Assembly: GCA_946536155.1 (NCBI GenBank)
Contig: CAMNEB010000001.1
Location: 1-56,715 of the forward strand
Direction of reading: 5' to 3'
Source of the DNA: an uncultured Lachnospiraceae bacterium
GTDB lineage: Bacteria > Bacillota > Clostridia > Lachnospirales > Lachnospiraceae
DNA length: 56,715 nt
Positions 1 to 9,175 of this stretch are shown here, piece after piece (positions within the stretch are counted from its first letter, which is position 1; each line of letters opens with the position of its first letter). Made by a program: the position numbers and the translations under genes. A model generated the notes under the pieces. The model was not told the DNA's origin. It saw nothing but the letters and a program-made list of their open reading frames with translations, and ran no database searches.

Positions 1-1187
1 TCCGTCTGTCCTGCGGTTACGGCTTTTCCAAGGATGACTGCGGACAGTACCGCTGTCAGAAGTCCCAGATATTTTCCGGATGAAAAAACGCTCTGATCGC
101 ATGCGACGAGCACGGTCAGAAGTATTCCCACACTTCCCGTGCCGTACACCCTGAGCATTTTCGCGGCTTCTCCTTTACAGAGCTTATCCCGGAAGATGCA
201 GAAAAGACCGATGACGCATACGAACAGTATCCCTCCGAAGGTATATTCAACGGAGTAAAAATCAGTCTTCAGAAGTATGTGCAGGAATTTCCATACAAAG
301 ATGATAAGGAGCGAGACCGGAAAGAGAAGCTCTTTATTCTTAAGCACCCGTGACAGAAGATATGAAACGGTGCCAAAGCCTGCGACAAACAGGATGAGGA
401 CGCCTGCATCTCCCGCATATCTCACAAATTTGGACGCGCCCTCCGCATGTGAAAAATCAACCTCTATCATCGCAGAGACCGTATTTACAAGCTCTCCCAA
501 GGATATATATCTGAGGATCCCCGCCATATACAGAGCGCCGGATATTCCGCACACAGACACAAGGGTCAGTGCGGGCTTAAGGCCTTTCTTTTTTTCCGCG
601 ATGAGCAGTCCGAAGACAAATACCGCAAAGATAAGGGCGGGAGGATAGGACAGAACGCACAGTGAAAGGAACAGTCCCGTGATCACGGAGCAGGTAAGGA
701 TCTTCTTTTTGTCACTGCCTTTCCGTATCTCCTCAATAAGGAGATCAAGACAGATGAGCGTGAGCGTTGCGGTCCAGTTCAGAAGATTTGAAAACTCGGG
801 AGTGCTGAGCTGCTTCGGAGTCAGATTCGCATAAAGGATCGCAGCAGCAAAAGCGGCATCTGCGGGCACATGCTTTTTCAGGGCTCTGTAAACAATATAT
901 GAAACTGCCAGCTGTATGGCCGCGCCGCAGAGTCTTACGAACAGCACCTCCCCTTCGGAAGTGCCCGTCACGCATCTGTAAAGCCACAAAAAGAACTCCA
1001 CCGCAAACCCGGAAGTCTGGTGGAGTTCCCACATATCTCTTAAAAGAATATCTCCCGCAAGAAGCCTGCCGCCTATGGCAAATGCATATCCTTCGTCAAC
1101 GATCCTGCCGAATATGCTCACCTTCAGAGCCGCGGCAAGAGTCATCAGTACCAGTATTATTTTTACAGGTTTATTTATCCTGAACAT
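1..1187 (-). CDS. Polytopic membrane protein, GT-C glycosyltransferase-like (partial; runs off the window start)
   Basis: Not in the ORF track. Manual translation from ATG at 1187 gives MFRINKPVKIILVLMTLAAALKVSIFGRIVDEGYAFAIGGRLLAGDILLRDMWELHQTSG..., with many hydrophobic segments and a DE motif after TM1, as in GT-C enzymes. The start overlaps the end of the upstream gene. Confidence 0.7.
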   Translation of the reverse strand, partial: MFRINKPVKIILVLMTLAAALKVSIFGRIVDEGYAFAIGGRLLAGDILLRDMWELHQTSGFAVEFFLWLYRCVTGTSEGEVLFVRLCGAAIQLAVSYIVYRALKKHVPADAAFAAAILYANLTPKQLSTPEFSNLLNWTATLTLICLDLLIEEIRKGSDKKKILTCSVITGLFLSLCVLSYPPALIFAVFVFGLLIAEKKKGLKPALTLVSVCGISGALYMAGILRYISLGELVNTVSAMIEVDFSHAEGASKFVRYAGDAGVLILFVAGFGTVSYLLSRVLKNKELLFPVSLLIIFVWKFLHILLKTDFYSVEYTFGGILFVCVIGLFCIFRDKLCKGEAAKMLRVYGTGSVGILLTVLVACDQSVFSSGKYLGLLTAVLSAVILGKAVTAGQT

Positions 1188-2997
1188 CTTTAAGCATTTC
1201 ATCCGTGATCTCGATCACATCAAGATCATCATCTTCCTCGCTGTTTTCGATTTTTTTATCCCCGGATTTTTTGTCCCCGGATTTTAAGCTTCCGGTTTCT
1301 TTCTTTCCGGAATTTTCCTTCTTTCCGGCCATTTCTTTCTTTTCGGAACTTTCCTTCTTTCCGGCCATTTCTTTCTTTTCCGCGCCGCTTTCTTCTCCGG
1401 ATTCTCCGGCTCCACTCACATCTGCCTGTACGTTTCCAGCAAAAACGGGAGTAAGGACCGCAGGGATCAGCAGGAAGAAGGGATACATATATCTGAATGC
1501 GGAAACGGGACCAAGCAGATAGGTCGCCCAGAGCGCAAGGATCATCGCCGCCGCAAGACCTGTGCCTCTTTTCTTTGTAACAGATACGATATAAAGGAGC
1601 AGGAGGCAAAAGTAAAAAGGTATAGCCGGTGAAAAGAGCACCCTGCCGGCCATCCCGCTGTTTTCAACGGAAGTGATGAATCCTTCGAAAAATCCGAGTC
1701 CGGCGGGAAGCAGGCTCTGTCTCTCAACCGGATACTCAGGGATAAAGATGTCCGCCGTTTCGATATACTCCCTGGCGGAGTACCTGTCCGTTATCGCTGC
1801 TGCGGGATACCAGAGCTGTACATTCTGGGTGAGGAATGCGTTTGCAAATTCCTCCGGATATTTTGCGCCCAGATGCATATACAGATCCCAGAATGCCGAC
1901 CTGTCCGAAGAATAAAGCTCATCGTCAAACGTAAACTTGACCGTATCCGCAAGCCTGGGGTTATATCCTCCGGCTTCCATGTATTCGTCTATGATGAATT
2001 TCTCAGCGACCGTAAGATCAGAATGTTCATGCACATAAACCGCGGCAATCTGGTTTATGGGAACGCTCAGAAGCTCGTGGGATTCTGTCGGGACAACCCC
2101 CGCAAAGGGATAAAGCACCTTCATGATGAGCACTGCAAAGACAAGTGCCGAAAGGACGGATGCGGTTATCTTCTTTATCCCGTCTTTTTTTACAAGGATC
2201 AAAGATATCAGAAAAAGGAACGCCGCCGCAGGGAGGAAATTATTCCTGAGAAGTGAGGCCGTCAGTGTCAAGATAAATATCTTCAAAACGTCCGTCTTCT
2301 TTACTTTTTCCGGATCGTCAAATTTTGAAAGCACAAGGAACAGAAGGACGACCGCGCATGAAAACAGCACGTCCTTGGTCATCTGGACGGAAAAAATGGA
2401 AAAAACAGGGTAAAAGACATAAAAGAGTGTTGTAAGAACGGGCAGTGTCCATCCGCATCCGCATTTGATCTCACGGTCCACAACACATCCGCAGACAAAA
2501 GAAACGATAAGTATCTGAAAGATGCAGTACAGGGCAAGTCCGTAAGGATGAGGGATCCCGGCCCATTCCAGTGCTATGAAGAGATTCCACAGAAGGGTAT
2601 GCAGCACGGGATGATGGTTTGAAAGAGGGAGAAGTCCAAGAGCCTGGAGCGTCTGCCACTCCGAATCATATCCCAGTATCCCCGGAAAATATGACGCAAG
2701 TGCCACTCCGCAGGAAGCCGCCACAAGAACCGAAGTTATGAGGGGCATGAATCTGAATACCTTCACGCTCCCGTCCTTTTCACGTATCAAAGCCTTGCCG
2801 GCAAGTGAAAAGAATATGAGGAGGGGTATGAAGAACAGCGCAAAGACCGCGGCAGTCTCGCCCGGCTTTGAATACACCCCCGAAAGAGAATTGAAATTAT
2901 ATATGCTCCGTCCGCATGTTATGAATGCCGATGCGGCAAACGCAAAAAAAACTTCCGCAAAACCTATGAAATGTTTTTTCTTAACCGATCCTTCCAA
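1171..2997 (-). CDS. DUF6020-family membrane protein (putative GT-C glycosyltransferase)
   Basis: 608 aa multi-TM protein. Motifs YFPGILGYDS, SNHHPVLHTL, KDVLFS, LLRNN and FRYMYP. Charged low-complexity C-terminal tail. Confidence 0.7.
   Translation of the reverse strand: MEGSVKKKHFIGFAEVFFAFAASAFITCGRSIYNFNSLSGVYSKPGETAAVFALFFIPLLIFFSLAGKALIREKDGSVKVFRFMPLITSVLVAASCGVALASYFPGILGYDSEWQTLQALGLLPLSNHHPVLHTLLWNLFIALEWAGIPHPYGLALYCIFQILIVSFVCGCVVDREIKCGCGWTLPVLTTLFYVFYPVFSIFSVQMTKDVLFSCAVVLLFLVLSKFDDPEKVKKTDVLKIFILTLTASLLRNNFLPAAAFLFLISLILVKKDGIKKITASVLSALVFAVLIMKVLYPFAGVVPTESHELLSVPINQIAAVYVHEHSDLTVAEKFIIDEYMEAGGYNPRLADTVKFTFDDELYSSDRSAFWDLYMHLGAKYPEEFANAFLTQNVQLWYPAAAITDRYSAREYIETADIFIPEYPVERQSLLPAGLGFFEGFITSVENSGMAGRVLFSPAIPFYFCLLLLYIVSVTKKRGTGLAAAMILALWATYLLGPVSAFRYMYPFFLLIPAVLTPVFAGNVQADVSGAGESGEESGAEKKEMAGKKESSEKKEMAGKKENSGKKETGSLKSGDKKSGDKKIENSEEDDDLDVIEITDEMLKDVQDK
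1315..1380. repeat. In-frame tandem duplication with 36-bp period (encodes EKKEMAGKKE twice)
   Basis: TTCCTTCTTTCCGGCCATTTCTTTCTTTTC at 1315-1344 and 1351-1380, within degenerate G/E-KK hexapeptide repeats. Confidence 0.85.
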
Positions 2998-3009
2998 AGC
3001 TGTCCCCGC

Positions 3010-3474
3010 TCATTCGATCACTTCAGCAAGGTGCTCATCAGCTCCGAGCCCCTCATATCTGAGTGTCATATTTATCTCATCCCTGCCCTCAAGAAGCGGC
3101 TTCAGGAAATATCTGTCCCCTTCCCACATCGGAAGATCCATGACCTTAGAAACTTCCGTCCATCTAAGATCTCCCTCGTCGCAGTCGGAAGTCATCTCAC
3201 CTTCAAATCCGTCCCCAGAGTACAGATACATCTCTTCATCGTCCCAGTTTTCGGAAACAAAAGAGATGACTCCGCGCCTTTTAAATGAAGTCAGTTTAAG
3301 CCCGGTCTCTTCATATACTTCCCGTACGACGCATTCATCCGGAGTCTCTCCCGCTTCGACCTTGCCGCCTACGCCGATCCATTTTCCGCCGTTCGGGTCG
3401 TTCTTCTTTTTGTTCCTGTAAAGAAGAAGTACCCTGTCTTCTTTGAAAATATAACAAAGGGTGGATTTTCTCAT
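3010..3474 (-). CDS. mutX: 8-oxo-dGTP diphosphatase (MutT/MutX NUDIX hydrolase)
   Basis: Nudix box GGKVEAGETPDECVVREVYEETGL. MutX-type N-terminus (TLCYI...LLYRNKKKND...KWIGVGG) and LPMWEGD. Confidence 0.9.
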   Translation of the reverse strand: MRKSTLCYIFKEDRVLLLYRNKKKNDPNGGKWIGVGGKVEAGETPDECVVREVYEETGLKLTSFKRRGVISFVSENWDDEEMYLYSGDGFEGEMTSDCDEGDLRWTEVSKVMDLPMWEGDRYFLKPLLEGRDEINMTLRYEGLGADEHLAEVIE

Positions 3475-3486
3475 GAAAGGATTCTA

Positions 3487-3675
3487 TCACTTTCCGTCTG
3501 TGTTCTCAATCGAGCGGCTGCAGGGACCTTTCTTTGTATTGCGGTACGGGCACTTTCCGGCAGAGGGGCATCCGATGCAGTGATTTCCTTTTTTCTTTTC
3601 CAGATACAGGTAAATACAGGCCGAAAAAAACAATACGGCTATTATGAGTATCGCGATAATATCAGCCATGTTCAT
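3487..3675 (-). CDS. FeoB-associated Cys-rich small membrane protein
   Basis: N-terminal TM helix followed by KKKGNHCIGCPSAGKC. GGAGG RBS 6 nt before ATG 3675. Lies downstream of feoB. Confidence 0.8.
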   Translation of the reverse strand: MNMADIIAILIIAVLFFSACIYLYLEKKKGNHCIGCPSAGKCPYRNTKKGPCSRSIENTDGK

Positions 3676-3792
3676 GGTGCACCTCCGAAAGAGCCCTGCA
3701 ATTACGGGCATTATCATAACATTTTCCGCGCCTTATATAAACCGCTCGGGGGCAGCGGGCGTACGCTTTCAGTATAAAAAGGAAAGCAGCTG

Positions 3793-3840
3793 AAAGAAAA
3801 AGGCACACGGCATCTGCTTTTAAGGCAGATACCGTGCGCC
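3793..3840 (-). terminator. Intrinsic terminator after feoB
   Basis: Minus strand GGCGCACGGTATCTGC-loop-GCAGATGCCGTGTGCC followed by TTTTTCTTT. Confidence 0.75.
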
Positions 3841-3868
3841 GGCCAGAAGGGGAAACTTCGTTGTAAGC

Positions 3869-5860
3869 TTAACTGAGTTTGTAATCCGCAGCCACCGCTC
3901 TGTTTGCTCTCATGATCAGATATGCAAGAACAAGGGCGAAGCAAAGGATGAATATGAAGCCTCCGATGAATCCCGGACCGAAAGCTCCGGTGGTAAACAG
4001 TGTTCCGAACTGGTAGACAAGAAATCCGACGGAATAGCCCGTTGCCAGCTGAAGGCCGATGCCTCCCCACAGCCACTTTGCGCTCCTCATCTCGGAATTC
4101 ATTGCACCGAGCGCTGCAAAGCAGGGAGGAGTATAAAGGTTGAACATCAGATATGCGAGAGCTGCAGCCTTGGTGAGTCCCATAGCGGCAGCAACGGCAT
4201 TTCCGCTTCCCACGAGTTCAAGCTCCTCGGTATCGATGAAATTGGTGACGGCATATACCGTAGCAATGGTTCCGACGACATTCTCCTTGGCGATGAATCC
4301 GGTGATCGAAGCCGCAGCAAGCTGCCATGCGGATATTCCGACAATGGGAATGAGCAGTACAGCGAAAGGTCCGGCTATACTTGCAAGGATCGATGTATCC
4401 TCCATTCCCTCTTCAACGACTTCAAAGTGCCAGTTGAAGGACTGCATGATCTGAACGATGGTGTTGCAGACGAGGATTATGGTTCCGGCCTTGATGATGT
4501 ATGCCTTTCCTCTTTCAAGCATGGATCCGAGAGCAAATTTAAGGCTCGGACGCTTATATTCGGGAAGCTCTATTATAAAGAATGACTTTCTGTACTTTGC
4601 ACCGGTAAGGGCCTTGATGAGTACTCCTCCGAGAAGCACAAGAGCAATTCCCGTGAAATACATGAGAGGGCTGACCCACTTTGCTCCGGGGAAGAATGCT
4701 CCGACAAAAAGGGCGATGACGGGGATCTTCGCTCCGCAGGGCATGAATGTTGCCAGCATTGCGGTAGCTCTTCTCTCCCTTTCGTTCCTGATGGTCCTGC
4801 AGGCCATGATGGCGGGGATTCCGCATCCGGTACCGATGACCATGGGAATGACGGACTTTCCGGAAAGACCGACCTTCTTGAATATGGGATCGAGCACGAC
4901 AGTGGCACGTGCCATATATCCGCAGTCCTCAAGGATCGCAATGAGGAAGTACATTACCATGACAAGGGGAAGGAATCCCACGACGGCTCCGACACCTCCG
5001 ATGATACCGTCCACAAGGAGCGCATAAAGAAGAGGATTTGCATCCGCCATCTTCTCACCGACAAATTCCTGGAAGGTCTCGATCCATCCCACCAGATAAT
5101 CGGCAAGCCAGGTTCCGACCGTTGACTGTGAGATATAAAATACGGCGAACATTATGCCTGCGAAGATGACAAGACCCAGAATGGGATGTGTAAGGACCGC
5201 ATCCACCTTGTCGGCGGTGGTCTTCGTATTTGTCTTTACCTTTTTGACCTCGACTTCTCCGACTATCTTGTTTACAAAGTCAAACCTCTTGCGGTCCGCT
5301 TTTTCGACTTCGGACTTGTTCGTAAGATCGATATCTCCCTGATCGTAGGGAGCCTTCTGCTTCTGTCCTTTGAGAGAAACCGCGGCACTTACCACATCCT
5401 TCAGTCCCTCTTCGTTGACAGATACCGTCTTTATTACCGGACATCCCAGCTTTTCGGAAAGAAGCTTTTCATTGATGCGTGTATCTTTTTTCTTGTTAAT
5501 ATCATCCTTGTTAAGCGCAACCACAACGGGGATCCCGAGTTCAAGGAGCTGTGTCGTAAAAAACAGGCTCCTGCTCAGGTTTGTTGCATCCACTATATTT
5601 ATGATCACATCAGGACGCTCGTTCCTGACATAGGAGCTGGTGATGCTCTCCTCGGAAGTAAAGGGGGACATGGAATATGCTCCCGGCAGGTCCACCGCTA
5701 TCAGTTCCTCTCCGCCGTCATAGAAATTCTTCCTGATCGGGCTCTCCTTCCTGTCTACGGTAACTCCGGCCCAGTTGCCGATCTTCTCATGTCTTCCCGT
5801 CAATGCGTTATACATTGTGGTTTTGCCGCTGTTCGGATTACCCGTCATCGCAAGTCTCAT
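3869..5860 (-). CDS. feoB: Ferrous iron transporter B
   Basis: G-domain motifs GNPNSGKTT, GNWAGVTVD, DLPGAYS and NKDD. Membrane domain with LEDCGYMAR, GTGCGIPAIM, FMPCGAK and YTPPCFA. Confidence 0.97.
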   Translation of the reverse strand: MRLAMTGNPNSGKTTMYNALTGRHEKIGNWAGVTVDRKESPIRKNFYDGGEELIAVDLPGAYSMSPFTSEESITSSYVRNERPDVIINIVDATNLSRSLFFTTQLLELGIPVVVALNKDDINKKKDTRINEKLLSEKLGCPVIKTVSVNEEGLKDVVSAAVSLKGQKQKAPYDQGDIDLTNKSEVEKADRKRFDFVNKIVGEVEVKKVKTNTKTTADKVDAVLTHPILGLVIFAGIMFAVFYISQSTVGTWLADYLVGWIETFQEFVGEKMADANPLLYALLVDGIIGGVGAVVGFLPLVMVMYFLIAILEDCGYMARATVVLDPIFKKVGLSGKSVIPMVIGTGCGIPAIMACRTIRNERERRATAMLATFMPCGAKIPVIALFVGAFFPGAKWVSPLMYFTGIALVLLGGVLIKALTGAKYRKSFFIIELPEYKRPSLKFALGSMLERGKAYIIKAGTIILVCNTIVQIMQSFNWHFEVVEEGMEDTSILASIAGPFAVLLIPIVGISAWQLAAASITGFIAKENVVGTIATVYAVTNFIDTEELELVGSGNAVAAAMGLTKAAALAYLMFNLYTPPCFAALGAMNSEMRSAKWLWGGIGLQLATGYSVGFLVYQFGTLFTTGAFGPGFIGGFIFILCFALVLAYLIMRANRAVAADYKLS

Positions 5861-5882
5861 ATCCGCTCTCCTTATTTAATAT

Positions 5883-5898
5883 ATTAGTTAAGGCTAAC
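5883..5898. promoter_or_regulatory. DtxR/MntR-like metal-repressor box upstream of feoB
   Basis: ATTAG-TTAAGG-CTAAC, the same (G/A)TTAG-N6-CTAAC dyad found upstream of feoA. Confidence 0.55.
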
Positions 5899-5933
5899 CC
5901 CGGTGCAAAAAATAAGTCCGCCCGGACCATTTA

Positions 5934-6143
5934 TCAGATGATAATGGTCTGAGCGAGCTCTCTGTCGATGTTGTATCTCGCATCCTTGACGGAGATCACG
6001 AGGTTACGCTTTTTATCGATGACCGTGATCTTCTCTCCGCCGTAACATCCGAGTGTGAAGAGAAAATCCTTCATCTCCTCGTCATCCGTATCGATGCTGC
6101 TTATAACATATTCTTTTTCAAGTTCCGCATCATTAAGATTCAT
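5934..6143 (-). CDS. feoA: Ferrous iron transport protein A
   Basis: 69 aa SH3-like FeoA (MNLND...FLFTLGCYGGEKITVI...ISVKDARYNID). AGAGG RBS. Upstream of feoB. Confidence 0.9.
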   Translation of the reverse strand: MNLNDAELEKEYVISSIDTDDEEMKDFLFTLGCYGGEKITVIDKKRNLVISVKDARYNIDRELAQTIII

Positions 6144-6156
6144 ATGACTACCTCTT

Positions 6157-6207
6157 GTTAGCATTCCCTAACCGCTACCATTATATTAAATAATCCCGAA
6201 AAGTCAA
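6157..6207 (-). promoter_or_regulatory. feoA promoter with DtxR-like operator
   Basis: Minus strand TTGACT (6207-6202), 16 bp, TATAAT (6185-6180). Dyad GTTAG-CATTCC-CTAAC at 6157-6172 lies just downstream. Confidence 0.6.
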
Positions 6208-6243
6208 CAAGTTCCGTCATATAAAAAAATCTGTGTGGAGATG

Positions 6244-6297
6244 TTGACAAGTACACTTGGCAAATATATAATCCAATCATGACAAGTATACTTGGCA
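6244..6297 (+). promoter_or_regulatory. Consensus sigma70 promoter with two near-identical palindromic operators
   Basis: TTGACA (6244-6249), 17 bp, TATAAT (6267-6272). Operators TGACAAGTACACTTGGCA (6245-6262) and TGACAAGTATACTTGGCA (6280-6297). Confidence 0.8.
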
Positions 6298-6353
6298 AAA
6301 CAAAAAACTGCGCAGACAACCACACAAACTTCAGCTTCAAAGAGGGAGATCAT

Positions 6354-6521
6354 ATGAGACATTTTTACATCAGACTTGTCATCGGCATCATCTGGCTCAT
6401 CGCAGCAGCAGTAACACTCATGAGCGGGAACCTTTCCGCGGGGGCCTTCAGTGCCGTTTTCGGTGTCATGTTCATCGTTTCGGCTTTTTCGATACGCAAA
6501 AAGAACACGAATGACAGATAA
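6354..6521 (+). CDS. Small two-TM membrane protein (55 aa)
   Basis: MRHFYIRLVIGIIWLIAAAV...: two hydrophobic helices, GGGAG RBS, first gene of the ABC operon. Confidence 0.65.
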   Translation: MRHFYIRLVIGIIWLIAAAVTLMSGNLSAGAFSAVFGVMFIVSAFSIRKKNTNDR

Positions 6522-6535
6522 AGGAAAAAAATGAT

Positions 6536-7240
6536 ATGAAAACCAACGATCTGCTCAACATAAAAAACTTGGGTGTCTGGTATACGAAGGGAAAGCCCGT
6601 TATCAAAGGACTGGATCTTGATATCGCACCGGGTGAGATCACAGGCCTGATCGGCTTAAACGGTGCCGGCAAGACCACCCTGATAAAGACCATATCCGGT
6701 ATCCTGGACAGCTTTACCGCCGACAGCATCCTGCATGACGGAAAGAGCTTTTCATTCAGGGACGAAGCCTTCAAAATGAGCCGCTTCGTAGTTTATTCGG
6801 AGGATCATTCATTCGGAGAGCTGACCTTTGACGAATACTGTTCATATGTATTCAAGTCCTACAAAAAGCCGGAAACAGATACTTCCGGACTGGTAAAAGG
6901 ATTTCATTTCGAAGAATATACCGGCGTGCCGATGAAAGAGCTCTCCATGGGAAACAGAAAAAAAGCATCCCTGATAACGGCCTTTGCGCTGCGCCCGGAG
7001 CTTCTGATCCTGGATGAGCCGGTAAACGGCCTGGACTTTCAGAGCACGGAATATCTCTATAAACAGATATACGAATACCGCACCTGCGGATCACTCCTGT
7101 TTTCATCACATATCCTCGAAAGCATATGCCTGACATCCGACAGGGTGATCGTGCTTGAAAACGGAACCATAAGCAATACCTTCAAAGGGGATGAGATAAC
7201 CCCCGAACAGGTAAGAGGAGCCTTAAATGAACAGCTTTAA
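6536..7240 (+). CDS. ABC transporter ATP-binding protein
   Basis: Walker A GLNGAGKTT, signature LSMGN, Walker B LILDEP, H-loop SSH. Confidence 0.93.
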   Translation: MKTNDLLNIKNLGVWYTKGKPVIKGLDLDIAPGEITGLIGLNGAGKTTLIKTISGILDSFTADSILHDGKSFSFRDEAFKMSRFVVYSEDHSFGELTFDEYCSYVFKSYKKPETDTSGLVKGFHFEEYTGVPMKELSMGNRKKASLITAFALRPELLILDEPVNGLDFQSTEYLYKQIYEYRTCGSLLFSSHILESICLTSDRVIVLENGTISNTFKGDEITPEQVRGALNEQL

Positions 7241-8528
7241 AGTTTTTACAAAAGAATATTCGGGACATGACTGTAAGAAGCTGCGGTCCGGCGCGCTCCT
7301 GTCCGTGATTTTATTCTGCTCCGTTTATTTTTCGGAGATAAAGCTCCCCATTGCCCCGAAGATAATGCATCTTATGGCTTTTTCATTTACCGCGGGCATC
7401 ATGCTGCAGACCCTTTCGTCAAACAAAAACAGGGAATCCCTCTCGGAGATCTTCACCCTCCCGTTTTCGGAAAATAAGTTAAAGGCTTCCTTCATCACAG
7501 CCGTTTCCTTATATGTGGCTCTCACAAAGACCCTGCCTCTTCTGGCCCTCCTGTCTGCCCTGGGAACCCCGGCGGTCCCGGAGATCCTTATGTGCGCAGA
7601 ATGCATCGTTACGGCCTGCCTTCTCACACCGGCCCTTTATCTTACTTTCACCGGAGTGTTCTCTGATACTGCCGGACTCCCCGTACCGGCAAAGGCGATA
7701 TGTTCCGTACTTGCGGCAGCCGCTGTCATCTACGGCATTTTCATGACTGATGACTTATCCTGTGCATGCATCATGGCTGTCTCGATGATCGTCTCGGCGG
7801 CGCTCATCATAAAAAGTGACATATACCTCTTTACCGTGCAGAGCAGGGGATCAGCCCGTATATCGAAAAAAAGGACCCGTGCGGGGATCATGGGATATAT
7901 GGCAAGAAGGATGAAGGCAAATCCCTCCTATCTTACAAACACTGTATTCCTCTGTGCGTTCGCATGTATACTGCCTGTCTTTTTCAGATCGATGAACATG
8001 CCCGTTTCGGTATTCATCGGCCCCGGGATACTGACTCTCAACACTCCGCTGTGCACCATGCTCTCATCGGATCCCGATACGAAGACCGCGGTGCGTACCC
8101 TGCCCTCACAGGCTTCGGGCTTCAGGAACAGATACTGCATATTCATCTTTATTTTCAATCTGTTCATCCAGCTCATATACCTGTGCGCCGTCCGGGTGAT
8201 ATCCGGCGGGATACAGCCGGAACTTATCGCGGCATCGGTCCTTGCATCACTCCAGGGAGCGCTCCTTTCGGCATGGCTCGAGTGGAACTTCCCCGTACAC
8301 GGATGGAAGACCGAACCCGACCTCTGGCATCATCCCAGAAAATATATCGTTCCGTCCATAACCTTCATCCTCGTGATGGCGGCAGGAACGGTCCCGGCTG
8401 CGCTGTATGCATGGTCTGCGATCCTTGTCGCAGAGCTTGTCATATTCTTCGGCGCAGAGAAAATGCCACGGAATTTTATCGTAAAAGATTATAATGATAT
8501 CAGTTTTAAAAACAGGAGTATGAAATGA
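7227..8528 (+). CDS. ABC transporter permease (multi-TM)
   Basis: 433 aa with many hydrophobic segments. Overlaps the ATPase stop. Confidence 0.75.
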   Translation: MNSFKVFTKEYSGHDCKKLRSGALLSVILFCSVYFSEIKLPIAPKIMHLMAFSFTAGIMLQTLSSNKNRESLSEIFTLPFSENKLKASFITAVSLYVALTKTLPLLALLSALGTPAVPEILMCAECIVTACLLTPALYLTFTGVFSDTAGLPVPAKAICSVLAAAAVIYGIFMTDDLSCACIMAVSMIVSAALIIKSDIYLFTVQSRGSARISKKRTRAGIMGYMARRMKANPSYLTNTVFLCAFACILPVFFRSMNMPVSVFIGPGILTLNTPLCTMLSSDPDTKTAVRTLPSQASGFRNRYCIFIFIFNLFIQLIYLCAVRVISGGIQPELIAASVLASLQGALLSAWLEWNFPVHGWKTEPDLWHHPRKYIVPSITFILVMAAGTVPAALYAWSAILVAELVIFFGAEKMPRNFIVKDYNDISFKNRSMK

Positions 8529-8851
8529 ACAGAGAAGAAATACTTGAGATCAGCAGGAAGGAAAATAAAAACCGCGACGAGATGGAGCAGAGAGCCTTCG
8601 AAACCGCCGGCCAGAAAGCCTGTGCCGTCGGAGGCATCGTCTGTGCGGTCATTGCACTGGTCGAAGGATTTTTCGGAGACGGCTTCAATGCCGGATTATT
8701 TGCGATCTATCTTTCCATTACGGGAACAATGCTGGTCGGAAAATACAGGACTCTCGGCAAAAAACACGAACTCATATCAGGAGTGATCCAGCTCCTTCTT
8801 GCCGCAGCATTTCTTGTAATGCACATGATCGGGATCTTCAGTAACAGGTGA
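8525..8851 (+). CDS. DUF6442-like small membrane protein
   Basis: N-terminus MNREEILEISRKENKNRDEME, three TMs, adjacent to an XRE gene. Confidence 0.65.
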   Translation: MNREEILEISRKENKNRDEMEQRAFETAGQKACAVGGIVCAVIALVEGFFGDGFNAGLFAIYLSITGTMLVGKYRTLGKKHELISGVIQLLLAAAFLVMHMIGIFSNR

Positions 8852-8855
8852 AAAT

Positions 8856-9062
8856 ATGAACGATGAACTCATACTCAAAAATCATCTTAAAGAGATCCGC
8901 TCAGAGATGAAAATGTCACAGTCGGATCTCGCAAAACTGGTGGGTGTATCACGAAATACCATCAGTTCCATCGAGACGGGCCAGTTTACCCCGACGGCAA
9001 AACTGGCTCTGATTCTGTGCATCGCACTTGATAAAAAATTCGAAGAGATCTTCTATTTCTGA
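8856..9062 (+). CDS. XRE/Cro-family HTH transcriptional regulator
   Basis: LKEIRSEMKMSQSDLAKLVGVSRNTISSIETGQFTP. Confidence 0.92.
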   Translation: MNDELILKNHLKEIRSEMKMSQSDLAKLVGVSRNTISSIETGQFTPTAKLALILCIALDKKFEEIFYF

Positions 9063-9120
9063 GGCCGGAGTCTCCGCTGCGGCGTCACTTTTTTGCGGCG
9101 TCATTTGTCTTTAGCCGGAA

Positions 9121-9175
9121 CACTTATCTTCCGCTGCATCACTTATCTTCCGCTGCATCACTTATCTTCCGCTGC
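9121..9175. repeat. 19-bp tandem repeat (about 3 copies) spanning the MFS stop codon
   Basis: CACTTATCTTCCGCTGCAT at 9121-9139 and 9140-9158, plus a 17-bp partial copy at 9159-9175. Confidence 0.9.

Noticed and set aside
9121-9175. Short direct repeats as a possible CRISPR array
   Set aside because: The repeats are contiguous 19-mers with no spacers, and no cas genes are present.
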